Assembly: GCF_006345805.1 (NCBI RefSeq)
Contig: NW_021831833.1
Coordinates: 15,943-79,942 of the forward strand
From: Octopus sinensis
Taxonomy: Eukaryota
Direction of reading: 5' to 3'
Length of the DNA: 64,000 nucleotides
The notes under the pieces are model-generated. The model made no database searches. It was not told the DNA's origin and saw only the letters and a list, made by a program, of their open reading frames with translations. A program made the translations under genes and the position numbers. Below are positions 1 through 14,870 of this stretch, piece by piece (the first letter of the stretch is position 1; every line of letters begins with the position of its first letter).

Positions 1-112
1 GAGTTGGTGCTATCTTATACATTTCAAGGCATTTCCTAATCCAGCTATGTGGTAGGCTATCAAAAGCCTTTTTATAGTCTATCCAGGCATTCAGCCAGAA
101 GTTAGCAATTTT
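1..112 (-). mobile_element. R4/Dong-like non-LTR retrotransposon, RT fragment (runs off window edge)
   Basis: Minus strand translates AWIDYKKAFDSLPHSWIRKCLEMYKIAPT, an RT 'DxxKAFD' motif; the fragment stops just short of the (TTA)n tract starting at 136. Confidence 0.8.
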
Positions 113-132
113 ATCCTTTCCTGGAGACTTCC

Positions 133-1306
<1,174 letters not shown>

Positions 1307-1482
1307 AAGCGACGAGCTGGCAGAATCGTTAGCACGCCAGACAAAATGCAGAGGATTTTGTCTGCCTTTACGTTCTGAGTTCAAATTCCACCGAAGCCGA
1401 TAAGTACAAGTTGAATACTGGTTCGACGAAACCGACACGCCATCTCCCCTAAAATTTCAACTCTTGTGCTTATAATGAAAAG
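1307..1482 (+). mobile_element. SINE family A (GGCGAGCTGGCAGAA head), degenerate
   Basis: Shares head and TTCTGAGTTCAAATTCC B-box-like motif with the copies at 20936 and 27624. Confidence 0.75.
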
Positions 1483-1749
1483 GAGGACTATTGTTATTGT
1501 AGTAATTATCATAATTATCATTTTTAATTAAGAAGCAATCTCGGTAGTTTTTAGAGGAGAGGGTAAAGTCAATATTATTAACAACTGCATTTGGCTGGAT
1601 TTTTTTTTATGGATCTTAGAAGGATGAAAAGTAAAACTGACCACAGAGTTATCTGAATCCAGAACACAAAGACCCAAAGTAAATACCGCAAGTTATTTTG
1701 TGGGACAGTCTACCGACGTAGGAAATCCATAATGTTAATAATAATGGAA

Positions 1750-2082
1750 AATGTCAAAAAGAATTATTATTACGCTTAGAAAATGCAATAAAATCACTGA
1801 AGGAGAGCAGAAATATATGGCATAAGGAAGTATTGAAATAGAAGAAACTGGAAGATACAACTGGAAAAGAGGAAAATTAAGAAGATTTTAAGAACAAAAA
1901 TTAAACAGAAGGAATATCATTAAAGTAATCAACACATGGACAATAATTATGTTAGAATATTCTTCGCTCTTCCATCAGCGGATGAAAAATGTTCTTGATG
2001 AAATGTTTAGACGAACCAGTTAACTGTTAACAACGCATAATGAATTACATTCGCGGAAGAGCATTATTAGACTGAATGCATG

Positions 2083-2140
<58 letters not shown>

Positions 2141-2770
2141 ATGTGTGTGTGTATGTGTGTGTATGCATTTATGTATGTGTGTATGCATATGTATGCGTGT
2201 GTGCGCGTGTGTAGAAAAGAGGAAGGTAGTGTACTGTTCAATGTAACTGAGACAGCAGTCTAGAGAGGTATATTAGGGTGAAATGAAGAGGTGTGTGTGT
2301 GTGTGTGCACGTGTGTGTGCGTGCGTATGTGTGTGTATGTATGTGTGTGTGTGTGTGTGCGTGTGTGTATGTGTGCGTGCGTGCGTGTGTTCGTGTAAAA
2401 CCAGGAAGATCAATGGCGAATACATAGAAACAGAAAAGTATTACAAACAAAAGATTTTTTTTTTCAAAAAAGGGAGGCTGGAAAAATAGGAAGAAAAAGT
2501 GTTGCATGAGCGGTTTGTAAGGCAAACAAAAGATATAGGAGGAGAAGGAACAATGAGCTTACTGAAAGATGAAGGACTAAACAAGGAAAGAGAAACCCTG
2601 ATTAATGACTGCACAAGGACAAGAGATTAAAGCAAACTGCGTTAAGCAAAATAAAAATAAAAACAAAAATGGCATAAGCCAGATAGATAGTAAGTATGAG
2701 AAGGATCGAAAAGGAGATATAAATTTAGTTTGTGGAGTTAGCAAGATGACACAGAAATAATATAAAAATA
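1750..2770 (+). mobile_element. Highly decayed R4/Dong-like LINE fragment interrupted by (TA)/(TG) microsatellites
   Basis: Residual peptides KLNRRNIIKVINTW..LLTTHNELH and EKVLHERFVRQTKDI..GLNKERETLI..AQGQEI resemble the post-RT region of this clade. Confidence 0.6.
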
Positions 2771-2879
2771 ATCTTTAAAAATAATACATAAATAATATAA
2801 AATTTGATAAACGTAAAAGACCCGATGGTTAGTTAATAGTAAATAAGAATGAAAAATGAGACTTGGGTGTTTCTGTTAA

Positions 2880-3338
2880 CGAACGTTTTAAAGATCTTTT
2901 GATAACATGTTTTCCATAAGAGTCAATCTCATTAATTTTTCAGAAAATTTTATTGGAAATCAGCACTCTTTTTTTTCCACTTTCACCTTCAAATGGAAGT
3001 GGAACTTCCATTCAAGAATTTGTAAAATCGACGGCTGTAGAGGAAAATGGACATTCTAATCTTGTACGTCGCAAAATATCCTTCACCATGAACACAAACC
3101 ACAGAAATACTACATAACTTTCACAGGCAGCTTGAATAATAATTTCCCTGCACGTTGATAGAGCTAACTTCACAATTGACATGGCTGGCACCCGAATCCG
3201 TCCTTAACACGACAACAGCTGTTTGAATTAATTGCACAAGACAACATCGCTCGGTACTGAACGACAGTGCATAGAATAGTTTCGTTACTCTGTTCACATT
3301 TTATACAGACCCACCACCATTACCACTGAACCCCTGTA
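2880..3338 (-). mobile_element. Decayed Tc1/mariner (maT-like) 5' end
   Basis: Terminus reads TA-CAGGGGTTCA on the minus strand; decayed N-terminal frame MSIVKLALSTCREIIIQAA. Confidence 0.4.
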
Positions 3339-3625
3339 TTCTGCCGGCATTACCAGGCCTCTAGAGTTTTAACCAAAACGATAAAACCTCCTTTAGTACT
3401 ATCATGCCTGGAAGTTATGAAATATCAAAGGACTGAAAGTCTTCAAGAACAAACTTGGTGTGTGTGTCGAAACAAGAACAAACTGTCCAATTGGACATAG
3501 TCGATCCCTAGTTTCCCCGACAACCTTGCTACACCTCTCCACTACTCAAAATATAAAGTGAGACGCACAAACGATGGTATTTTTCTGCAAAAAGAGAACC
3601 GATAGCGCCTGACAGCATTTCACAA

Positions 3626-3820
3626 TAATGGTTTCAAATTTTTGCACAAGGTCAGCAATTTTTCGAGTAAGCACGAGTCAGTTACATCAACCCCAGTGTT
3701 CAACAGGTACTTGTTTTAATCGACCTCGAAAGGATGAAAAGCAAAGTCGACTTCAGCAGCATTTGAACTCAAAACGTACAGACGGACGAAGTGCTGCTAA
3801 GCATTTTGCCCGCCGTGCAT
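3626..3820 (-). mobile_element. SINE family A
   Basis: Reverse complement of the family A core (GGATGAAAAGCAAAGTCGAC..ATTTGAACTCA..GCTAAGCATTTTGCCCG). Confidence 0.8.
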
Positions 3821-3838
3821 TTCAAAATAACGAAACAT

Positions 3839-4940
3839 TCAAAAAGAGAAATAGTATTTAGACCCATAAGCATTCTCCCTGGGGAGATCTTCGAATACCT
3901 CATTGATCTTATCTACCAAGTCTGCCTTGCTGTTGCAGGCAGAGAGGTTGGTGTCTTCATGAACCGCATTCCACACATAGTTATCCATGGGATTACAATC
4001 GGGAGAATTAGGAGGCCAAAAATTGGGGCTGGTAAAATCGTAGAAATTCTTCGTCACTCACTTCTTACACTTACCCGCAGTATGTCAAAGAGCTGAATCC
4101 TGCTGCGACACATATAACCTTTCGTAGCAAGCTACATACAGTCTACATTAGCTTCGCAGCTGTCTGAATTGAGCCTAAGGCCTTGTTCAAAGATAAGAGG
4201 CGGTATGACCCTCACTGGAGGCACACCCGAATACCGTTACAGATCATGATACTTGGAACATTACAGTAATTGTAGACAAGCAATTTGTTCTTCTAGGTGT
4301 TGGGCTACTGTCCTGGCAGAATTTCTCTTCATCTGAGAAGAAACAAATCATCTCCGGCTCAACAGGATGCATCAGGTTGTTAAGGAACTTCTTTGCCTTC
4401 ATCAAAAGCTTCTCCTTGGCCCTAGCGGTCAGAACTTGTCTCTTGTGAATCTTGTATGAGTGGTAGCAAAGGTTCTCATTCAGGGCTAGCTTCAGGGTGG
4501 CGACTCCAACGCCCATCTCTCTTACCAAAGCACGGATTCTTTTACTCGGATCTTCTATCGCCTTGTCCTGCATTTGTTGGATAAACTCCGGTTTGCAAAC
4601 ACAGTCAGAACACCTGCTGTGACCCTTCATGATGGCCACAGGTTTGTAGTCTCCGTTGCAGCCGTCCATATCACTGCTTGCAGCCCTTACAGTGTCCACA
4701 GAACACTGAGTAGCAGTCATGACGTCGGCATTTTGATATGCGGCACGAATGATCATGATACAGGTGACTCTTCTCCAATATTCAGATGTCTTCCAGTCCT
4801 CCATATCAGCTAATTTTTTCTCAGTTCTATATTTAATCATTATGCGATCCAATACCGTTGAATGTTCAGCAATATAATAAACTGTTCCTGAAGAAAGAAG
4901 GCGTAGCAAAGTGTCAAATTTAGTCCGAACACCTTCTATG
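3839..4940 (-). mobile_element. maT-type (DD37D-like) Tc1/mariner transposase relic with one TIR
   Basis: ORFs 4244-4909 (FFSDEEKFCQD) and 3839-4057 (WPPNSPDCNPMD.YVW); TIR-like end GGTGTTCGGACTAAATTTGACAC near 4910-4935. Confidence 0.85.
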
Positions 4941-5239
4941 TAATGAATACATATAGATATTTATATTTAAATATGTATGTACTAAGGTTATCGCATTTAC
5001 AGCCTTAAGTCTATATTAATGTTTATTACGGAAATTGAGTAAACGTGGACATTTTTTTATTAGATTTCAATTCATATCTACTACGGAGAAAACAATAAAT
5101 ATAGAAGATTATTATTAGTTAATTTAAACAATTTTTTTTTATATCAATTAATTTAAATAAATAGAAAAGCTATTGTACTGGAGATGTCATTGCTTAAATA
5201 TTTTTTGTTGCAGTTATACACAGGGGAAAACTTAGATAC

Positions 5240-5271
<32 letters not shown>

Positions 5272-5543
5272 CTTATTGTTGTATGTTGTGGTGACAAGGG
5301 ACTATCTTGGATATGAAAGGGTTTCGATTGGTGTGTGTTTGAGATGTAATGAAGTGAATTTCGATGGTTGTGGATTGCACATACTTGGTTGTATCGTCCG
5401 TTAGAGTGTTTTTGTTGTTTTTTTAATTGTAATTGATGCATGATTGAATGGTTAACGCTCACGCTCATAATACATAGACATTTGAATTAACTTTTACAAT
5501 CCAGCCGCCCTTCTACGAGGAATTTCATCTTTCTTTAAACCAT

Positions 5544-5628
5544 GATCTTGAAGTGACTTATATATAAGGGAACTGTTATTTTGTATGTATATCAGAAAAT
5601 GTATATAAGTCGAAACAATTTGTTGGCC
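5544..5628 (+). ncRNA. Degenerate type I hammerhead-like motif (PLE terminus relic)
   Basis: TTGAAGT (decayed CTGAAGA), 11-bp stem II GACTTATATAT/GTATATAAGTC, GAAA, short stem III, GTT. Confidence 0.4.
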
Positions 5629-5756
5629 TTTTATGCTTTTTTTAAATAATTGTTTGTTATATAATAATATGTTGTCTTATATTCATAGTATATCATGTAA
5701 TATTGTAATATAAATAAATTATTGGAGTGTCAATAATATCTCTCTATTTAATTTAT

Positions 5757-5834
<78 letters not shown>

Positions 5835-6165
5835 ATCAAGAACAATCTTTATTCTCCTTGTCCTGTCTTTTACTGTCCTGTTTTTGTTACCATTCTTACC
5901 CCTCCGCAAAAAGATCTCAAATTTTATTTAATTTGCTTTTCGCGGGAAGGAAAGTTTCTATCGAAGATGCGTATCGCCTTCACCTTCGAAACGCAGAGTA
6001 GATGGCGACTGAAGAAGGGGAATTGTCCTTGTTTTATTTGTCCTGTACTCTATTTTTTCGTTGTTTAAGAAAAATGTCCAGTTCCTTGGTTTTGTGTTTA
6101 TGTTTTCGTTTCTCATTGTGTTCGACGTTTTTTTTTTTTTGGTGTCCTGTACCCATATATGCATG
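5835..6165 (+). mobile_element. Short T-rich retroelement/PLE-like terminus, family P1, carrying permuted hammerhead-like motif
   Basis: 3' tail GTCCTGTACCCATATATGCAT is shared with 32550-32570 and, reverse-complemented, 40037-40057; flanked by (TA)/(TG) repeats. Confidence 0.6.
5957..6022 (+). ncRNA. Putative non-circularly permuted hammerhead ribozyme
   Basis: TGCG-TA | TCGCC | TTCACCT-TC-GAAA-CGCA | linker | GGCGA-CTGAAGA-AGGGGAA; all three stems complementary (one mismatch in stem II). Confidence 0.65.
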
Positions 6166-6231
6166 TATATATACATGTAGAGGTAGGTACGTACATATAT
6201 GTATGTATATATGCATATGTTTTATTTATTA

Positions 6232-6305
<74 letters not shown>

Positions 6306-6904
6306 TGTATGTATGTATGTATACACACATACGCACACATATGTATGTCAGCAAAATATTCTCGTCCCAAGTTTTTTTATCAAGAAATGTTTAGGATAAG
6401 TTCAGTTGTCATTGCTAGTGCGCAGCACAATTCATCATAATATATGGCAAAGGTTGAATCCTACAACAGCTAATCACTGATAATTACGACGTCATAAACT
6501 CTTTGCGTTAAGCAGCGACATCAAAGCATTGGCTCATTATATGCAAGGATACAGTCGGTTTAAACTACTTAGACATATTTCTTTTTGTAAGTGGGGAAAT
6601 ATGTAATATACACAAATTTATGTATATAAATACATATTGATAGAGTGAAAGAGAAACCGAGAGAGAGAAACACAAGCAAAAACACACGCTTATATTTGCT
6701 TGCTCTGTGTGCAGATTCGTAGGTATTTATATGCTTAGAAGTTAAGTGACTAAGCTGTGTGTGTGTGTGTATGTGTGCGTATGTGTGTGTGTCCATATGT
6801 ATATCCATATGTATAGCTAGGTAGATAGATAGGTGCATACATGCATATATATTTATACACATATATGTAAATACTATATATGTCGTTATGTATATATATA
6901 TATA

Positions 6905-7969
<1,065 letters not shown>

Positions 7970-8056
7970 AATATATATTATATACAGAAATAATGGGTTA
8001 TATACATTTATTTATTTCCTACAGGGTCTAAGTAAATTTGTTATATATATATATAT

Positions 8057-8250
8057 GGGGACAACCAGATCGAACCATCTCAAGTGTAACTGTCCGAAAT
8101 GGTCGTGACTTCTGGTACTTGACTGAAGAAAGAAAGCCAAGAATGACCCGTCTTTTTTGCCTGTCCTAATTGCTGCTTCTCTTGTCCGCCTTTGTGTCGT
8201 GTTTCTGTCCGAACGTTTTAATATCCTCTATTGCGTTTTTGTTCCATATA
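8057..8250 (+). mobile_element. Short element, family P2, with permuted hammerhead-like motif (8065-8136)
   Basis: Homologous to 32587-32762 and 39715-39885 (GAATGACCCGTC, TTGTYCCAT tail); lies between (TA)n and (TG)n. Confidence 0.6.
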
Positions 8251-9039
8251 TGTGTGTGTGTGTGTGTGTGTGCGCACGCGCGTGTGTATGCATGTATATT
8301 CAGATACATATATGTATATGATTGTGTGTGCTAATAATAATATTTAGCTGCAGTAACAGTGACTCAAAGCCGGAGAGTTTCGTGCGTTGGCACACTAAAA
8401 TCCACCATATGCAATGTTACACAATATAACCAAACATTTGAGTTGTTTGTTCATGTGTGCGTGCGTGTGTTTGTGCCTGTATGTGCATGTATTCGTGTGC
8501 GTTTGTGTATGTGTTTGAGTCGATTCTTGTGTGTACGGAAAATATGAGTATCCAAATTACTGTATTTTCTCTTAGCCTAAGAAACGTCTTGATTTTTCCC
8601 AGGCTATGATGAAGACTTGTATTCTATGCAATTCATACGAGTTTTCTGAAGTTGAAGATTTTATTCTGTATGAGAGAGAAAAGTAGGTGTTCTTTAGAGA
8701 CGTGGCTCTAGGGAATTGGGACCAGTTACAGTATTTAGAGTATGAATTATAAAAGAAAGCATACTAGGAAACGTATTATAATACAAGAGATACAGAAGGA
8801 AGTTAAATATAAAAATGAGACTGATATAGAGGAAGTATGAGAGAGTAGGAGAGCGTGGAGTCTGTCTATTGAAATTCAGAGAGGAGTAGGAGAGGGTTTA
8901 GAAACGTGAGAGAAGAAGAAATCGTTTTATTATGAACTTAAATAGGAATGAGGATGACCAGGTTTAGGTGTGGAGGCTGGTTGGATAAAGACTTGTATAT
9001 CAGGCGCACAGCATTTAATGGGATGCTGTTCAGTGTCTA

Positions 9040-9206
9040 TGTGCATATATGTGTGTTAATATGTGTGTGTGAATGCGCGTATATGTCTTGACTGTCCAGT
9101 CTACGTGTGTGTGTGAGTGTGGACTGACAAGTGTAATTGCATGCATATTGACTGACCAATGTAAGTGTGTGTGTATTGACCGTTCACTGTAAGCTTTGTA
9201 TGCGTG

Positions 9207-9302
<96 letters not shown>

Positions 9303-9528
9303 TAGAGTGACTAAATATATCTGCGTAGACCAGTGTAAGAGCGCGTAGAGGATCCGGTCTAAATGTATGTGAGTAGCCTTTTCTGTGTAAAAGTGAGTGT
9401 ATAAACTGTCTTCTCTTTGTGTGCAGATTCATTAGTGTGTGTGTATACTCATGTAAACTGATACGTTTACATGTGTGTTTGTAGATTTTCTTGTGTGTGG
9501 GATTTTACATTGAACTGTGTATGTGTGA

Positions 9529-9560
<32 letters not shown>

Positions 9561-10044
9561 ATGTCTATGCAATCTGACCACTCTATGTAAATGAGTCTGC
9601 GCACTGATCGGTCTAAATATGTGTGTGTGTGGGGGGCTATCTGTATGTGTGTATGTCAGACTATTCTGTGTAAGTGCTTGTGTATATGTCTGTATGTGTT
9701 TATGTGTGTGTATAGACTGGCTATTGCGCATATGCTGCTTGGCCTGTCCAGCGTAGTTTTGTGTGTGTACACTGACCAATATAAGTGTGTATGCGTGTGC
9801 ACGTATAGAGAATATTTTCTATAATAGTTGTGTGTGCGCGCTTGCGTGTGCATTGTCCATTGTGTGTGCGTTTGTGTGTGAGTCTCTTTGTAGCCTGATC
9901 TGGGTATGCGTGTTAGTACGTCAGTATGCGTGTGAGCACGTGTGTTGACTACGCTCTGTTAGTATGTTTGTGTGTCTAGACAATCCTGTATAAGTGTGTA
10001 TGTGCGCATAGTGACTAATGTGTGTGCGTGTGTATGCGTATATA

Positions 10045-10083
<39 letters not shown>

Positions 10084-10140
10084 CTACGTAGCAAATGTGT
10101 CCTTTCATGGTTATCTGGTAATTTACTGACTCACTGCGTA
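9040..10140. repeat. Degenerate GT-rich minisatellite with recurring GACTGACCA/GACTGTCCA motif
   Basis: Variants of the motif recur at roughly 30-bp spacing between (GT)n runs. Confidence 0.5.
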
Positions 10141-10499
10141 TATCCGGTCTCTGTGGTTCTGGATACAAACATGTGGCGAGGATACAAGTTGATTCCAGGT
10201 ATTCGCTGCTTCATTCGAGATCAGGACCGGTGGAACCAAATCTGAAGAGGCTCCAAAAAGAGCATTCACTCTTTTAATGGACACAATATACGCAGGATTG
10301 GCACAGGTAGACTTGTTTTTCATCGTTCTGACCAGTCATTAGGCAAAGAAATAGATTTCAAATCAGCCCAGTTATTCACCTGAAAAACCTTTGAAATCGG
10401 TGGTTTTGTCATAGTCAGGAGATCATTGTGGTTGTGGAATTTTATATATGTTTATATGCCATGTGGAAAAAGAAATATAAATTATCAGTGCCTGCAAAT

Positions 10500-13400
10500 A
10501 CTTTCACCCTACGACAGATGCAATTTTATTGTGAATCCTCATGTTATTACCGTCGCAGACTGGTGAGTTCACTGTAAATTTCGATTGATTTTTTAATAAA
10601 TATATTGATCTCTCAGATTCATAGGTTCGAACACATTCACCCAGGTACATTCGACCATTTTTGCCACCTCATCAATATATCAACATTATGGTCTCACACG
10701 GACTCACGAATACACAACGTCTGTAATAAACAAAAGTGGTCTCAGAGTGAAATCAACATTCTCGTAAATCTATGGAATTGTCTTTCCCTAACTGGAAACA
10801 TAGATGTTACATGTCTGAATTCTATTGCCAAAAAGGACATTCCAGCTGGACAATAACCAACTGGAGAAACAAATACAGAATACACTATAAACATATTGAA
10901 ATCTCGTTTCAATTAATTTACAGGCATTTTGAGAAATTTCAACATGCATTTTCTCCAACTACAGTACAACAACAATAACAATAAGAAAAAAACGATGACG
11001 ACGGCAAAAACAACATGAACATGATCAGTAGCCGCTGTCAATCCTCAAACCTAACACAAATGATGACGTATTAAACTCCACAATCAACATGCCCTCACAA
11101 GTCCGACTATCCACATTCCTAATTTCCTCAGAATATCACAACTAACCAATCATCACCACCACTGTCATCATGTTCTACAGCTACTACCATTATCACTACC
11201 AAACAATAACAACAATAACATCAACAGCCAAGTCACACCTTAATACTAATGCAATTGGTGACCTATTGAACTACACAGGGTCTCAAATTCCACCCTTTCC
11301 CAGAATAACACATGAGCTCCATCATCACTATTGTCATCCTATTAACACAGATACTCTTCCAATTAGTGAAGAATCACTCCCACTGTTCACCTCAATCTGA
11401 ATGTATTCCTCACAGCCCCATGATAAATCTGCCAACTGTAAAAATGTAAAATCTACGAATACATGAAACCCCCAAATATGTCACTATTCTCAACGTGAAA
11501 GGCAAGGCACACGCAGTGACTGCAACTGCACCCGTTTATCTGGGCCAAAACGCATAATTCGTACAAGCAAAACTAGTCAGTGCCAAAGCATATGTCTCAC
11601 ACCACCACACCCACCAAATACTAAATCAAACTTCTTCGCGTGTAACCCAGAATCCTAAAATCTGCCGCTATTCCTAGTGCGAGAGATTATCTCTGAAACA
11701 TGATTAATCTTCACTAATCTTCCAGGGACTCGACGCACGATTAAAGTTATGACTCGAAGCCACCATCAAATCCCACCCAGGAAAAGCATCCCCTATAGTG
11801 GCAGTGTTGGTCCAGACTTTTTCTCAAACTCAGAAGTCACTCAGACATCCACCGAGTCCAACAGTAAAATCAACAGCCCCAAACCAGATAGCCATAACTA
11901 TATCCATCAGTGCAGTCATAACAAATCCAGGTACCAACCCCTTCCAAAATAAAGAAAATTCACGTCCCTGGCCATGATGAATCTGGCAAAAGAAAAGCAA
12001 AGAACCTTTTAGTTCTTACACCTCAGTGCACAAATACACACCATTGCTGTCATTAACCTACAAACCCAACTCAATAATACAGTTGACTGCATAATGTCTT
12101 TCACACTTCACAGTTCGAAGATAAGGATCATATCTTAGAGACCTTGGACACAGAGAAAAGCCAATATGTGTAGCACTAAGTGAAACCCACCAGACCCTAG
12201 ATATATTAAATGCGGAAGTACATAAGCCAGATTATGTTCTACACAGAACTGTCCGCAGGATACGGAAACAAGTAGCGCTCAACATAAGTGGAGATCTAGT
12301 AACAAATGTCCTTCTTTCTTATTCCACCACAGTGTGCGATGTACTAGTAATGAATGTGGTCGGCCTCAGTTTGATTATAGGTATTCCCTACCGTACTCCT
12401 GATGCGACAAACCACAGAGATGACTTGAAGGATGTTATGTCGCTTATAAATCAAACCCCAAGTGAGGTCAGTCAACTCACAGGCCAATATACGTTTAACA
12501 GGCAAATTTTATTTCCCTAATCTCAACTGGTTTGTGGGCTGTGTCCAATCTGGAACTAACCAACAGAACGTTCTCCTCGATACCGATAAAGACGTCTTCA
12601 CGCAAAAAGATATTACCTCTCAAACTAAGGGAAATATATTACGCGACTTAGTCTTTACCACAATTGAAAACTTCATTCACAATGGTCAGGTCATTCCAAT
12701 AGCTATTTCTGATCACAGCATTATACAATTATCAATATATGGTTCAAAGAGAGCAACACAGATAAAGAGCATCAAACATTACTCTCTCCTCATGAACTTA
12801 AATTTCAGGAAAGCCAGGTGGAAGGAAATTGAAATTAAAATCCTCAAAACACACTGGTCTCAGCATATTGACAAACTCAGTGTTATCGAGGGAACGAAGT
12901 TTATGTACGAAGAGTTAATCAAAATCTATCGAAAGCATATCCCATATAAACTTGCCCATTCCTGCAAGAAACTGATTCCACGTGATTGCCGGATACTAAT
13001 GCGTAACAAAACAAAACTAACAAAGCATCTAAAGAAAAAAAGAACAAAGATCTCTGAACAAATGAAATTGCTAAAAAAAAAAAAGAGAATAGAAAAACAT
13101 TGATTTGAACCTAAAAATATCGTATGGAAAAGAAACTTCGTTGAAGGAACACCGAGCAGTTCGTTTTCCCACTTTGCTAAACAAACGTCATCTACACATA
13201 ACCAGACTGACCCTCTAATAGACCAAAATGGATCATATACTAATGAGTCATCTTCTCAGCCCAAATCCAACAAAATGCTAAATAACCCAAACAAATTCTT
13301 TGATCTCCAGATTTCAGTTGCAGAGTCTCGACGATAGATTAATGAAATTACAGATGATATACTTGCAGCTATTAATGACCTAAATTCAAACTCAGCATCT

Positions 13401-14870
13401 GGATCAGATGGTCTCCCAACTATATTGCTCAAAACGTGCAAAAACAGCCTCGCCAAGCAATTAAAGATGCTATTTCAAAAGCCGCTAGATACCGGCATAT
13501 TCCCAGAAATGCTGAAAGACGCAGTAGTAACACCTATACACAAAAGAGATAGCAGGGCAGGTTCTCTCACATCTCGCACATCTAAAATTGTCGAACGCGT
13601 TGTCCAAAAAGAATAATGAAGTACTTTGAGGGAAACAACCTCTTAGATACTATACAACATGATTTTCGGATTGGACGACATTGCCTGTCACAACTATTAC
13701 AGCACCATAACACTTTTCTCCATAATCTCTTGAGAGGAATGAACACTGACTGTATATACCTTGAATTTGCTTAAGCGCTACACAAGATTGATCATGGAAT
13801 CATCTGTCATAGGATAAGGGATCTTGGTATCACAAGAAAACTCGGAGAATGGCTCTTTGACTTCTTATGGGTTAGGAATCAATTTGCTGCTGCAAATGGT
13901 TCTCTCTCTGCAAAGTCACTTGTAAAAAGTGATGTACCTCAGGACATGGTTCTAGGACCATTATAATTTATCATCATCCTGCCAAGTACAAGCTCACAAG
14001 TGAACTCGGCCAACCTGACGAGCTACGCCGATGATATAAAAATATCGATAGCTATCCAAACTCTAAAATGAGCTAAACTTCATTTATCAATGGGTAGATA
14101 AAAGCAATATGAAATTTAATTCATTAAAATTTCAGGTTCTGCTTTACGGAGGGAATACACACCAATCAAATTATTTGACTTCAGATATCATAATGATTCA
14201 GAGCAATACGAGACTAAGGAGTAATCCCGTCAAATGATGCATCTTTCCTCAGCCACATTACCAAACTGAACTCTAAATTCAGACATCTGATAAGATGGTA
14301 AGATGGATCCAACGAACCTTCGTGACAAGAGAACCGGTTGTTATACAGAATCTATGGAAAACTTTAGTTCTGAGCAGACAAGCTTACTGCTCACAGCTTT
14401 GGTCTCTGAACTCATCCGGTCTCATAGAAGAGACTGAAGGCTTACAAAGAACGTTCTCCAGTACAATAAATTCGGCTAAAATCTTTAATTATTGGAAACG
14501 TTTGAAAGCTCTGCGTTTCTATTTTCTTTATCATATACGTATGGAAAATCCTAGATGGGTATATTCCATGCTTCTGCATTAGAGAGAATTTTCGTGCACA
14601 AACTGGAAGTCACAGTTGGCTTTCAAATAAACACCTATGAAAATACGAGCGAAAACACTATTGTACCAGTCTGATATTTAAGGATCCCCCATTATTTAAC
14701 TGCCTAGCTAAAGGAAGCTGAAATATAAAAGAGATCTCAACTGAAAGATAAAAAAAAATCATTGGATAAGCACCTAACGACGATACGGAACCAGCCAACC
14801 ATTCAAGGATACACTCAGGGAAGATCAACAGCTACAATCTCAACCATAGACCAACTTTCAGCCATAAACT
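10500..14870 (+). mobile_element. Decayed near-full-length CR1-type LINE (ORF1 remnant, APE endonuclease, RT)
   Basis: YRTPD, GKFYFPNLNW, GNILRDLVFT, SDH (APE); LLKTCK..LA..L..LFQK.LDTG.FP...K.AVVTPIHK, QHDFR, VPQDMVLGP, YADD (RT); many stops and frameshifts. The 5' boundary is approximate. Confidence 0.85.

Noticed and set aside
10242-10270. CTGAAGA followed by a GCTC/GAGC hairpin, hammerhead-like
   Set aside because: No GAAA after the stem and no stem I or III partner.
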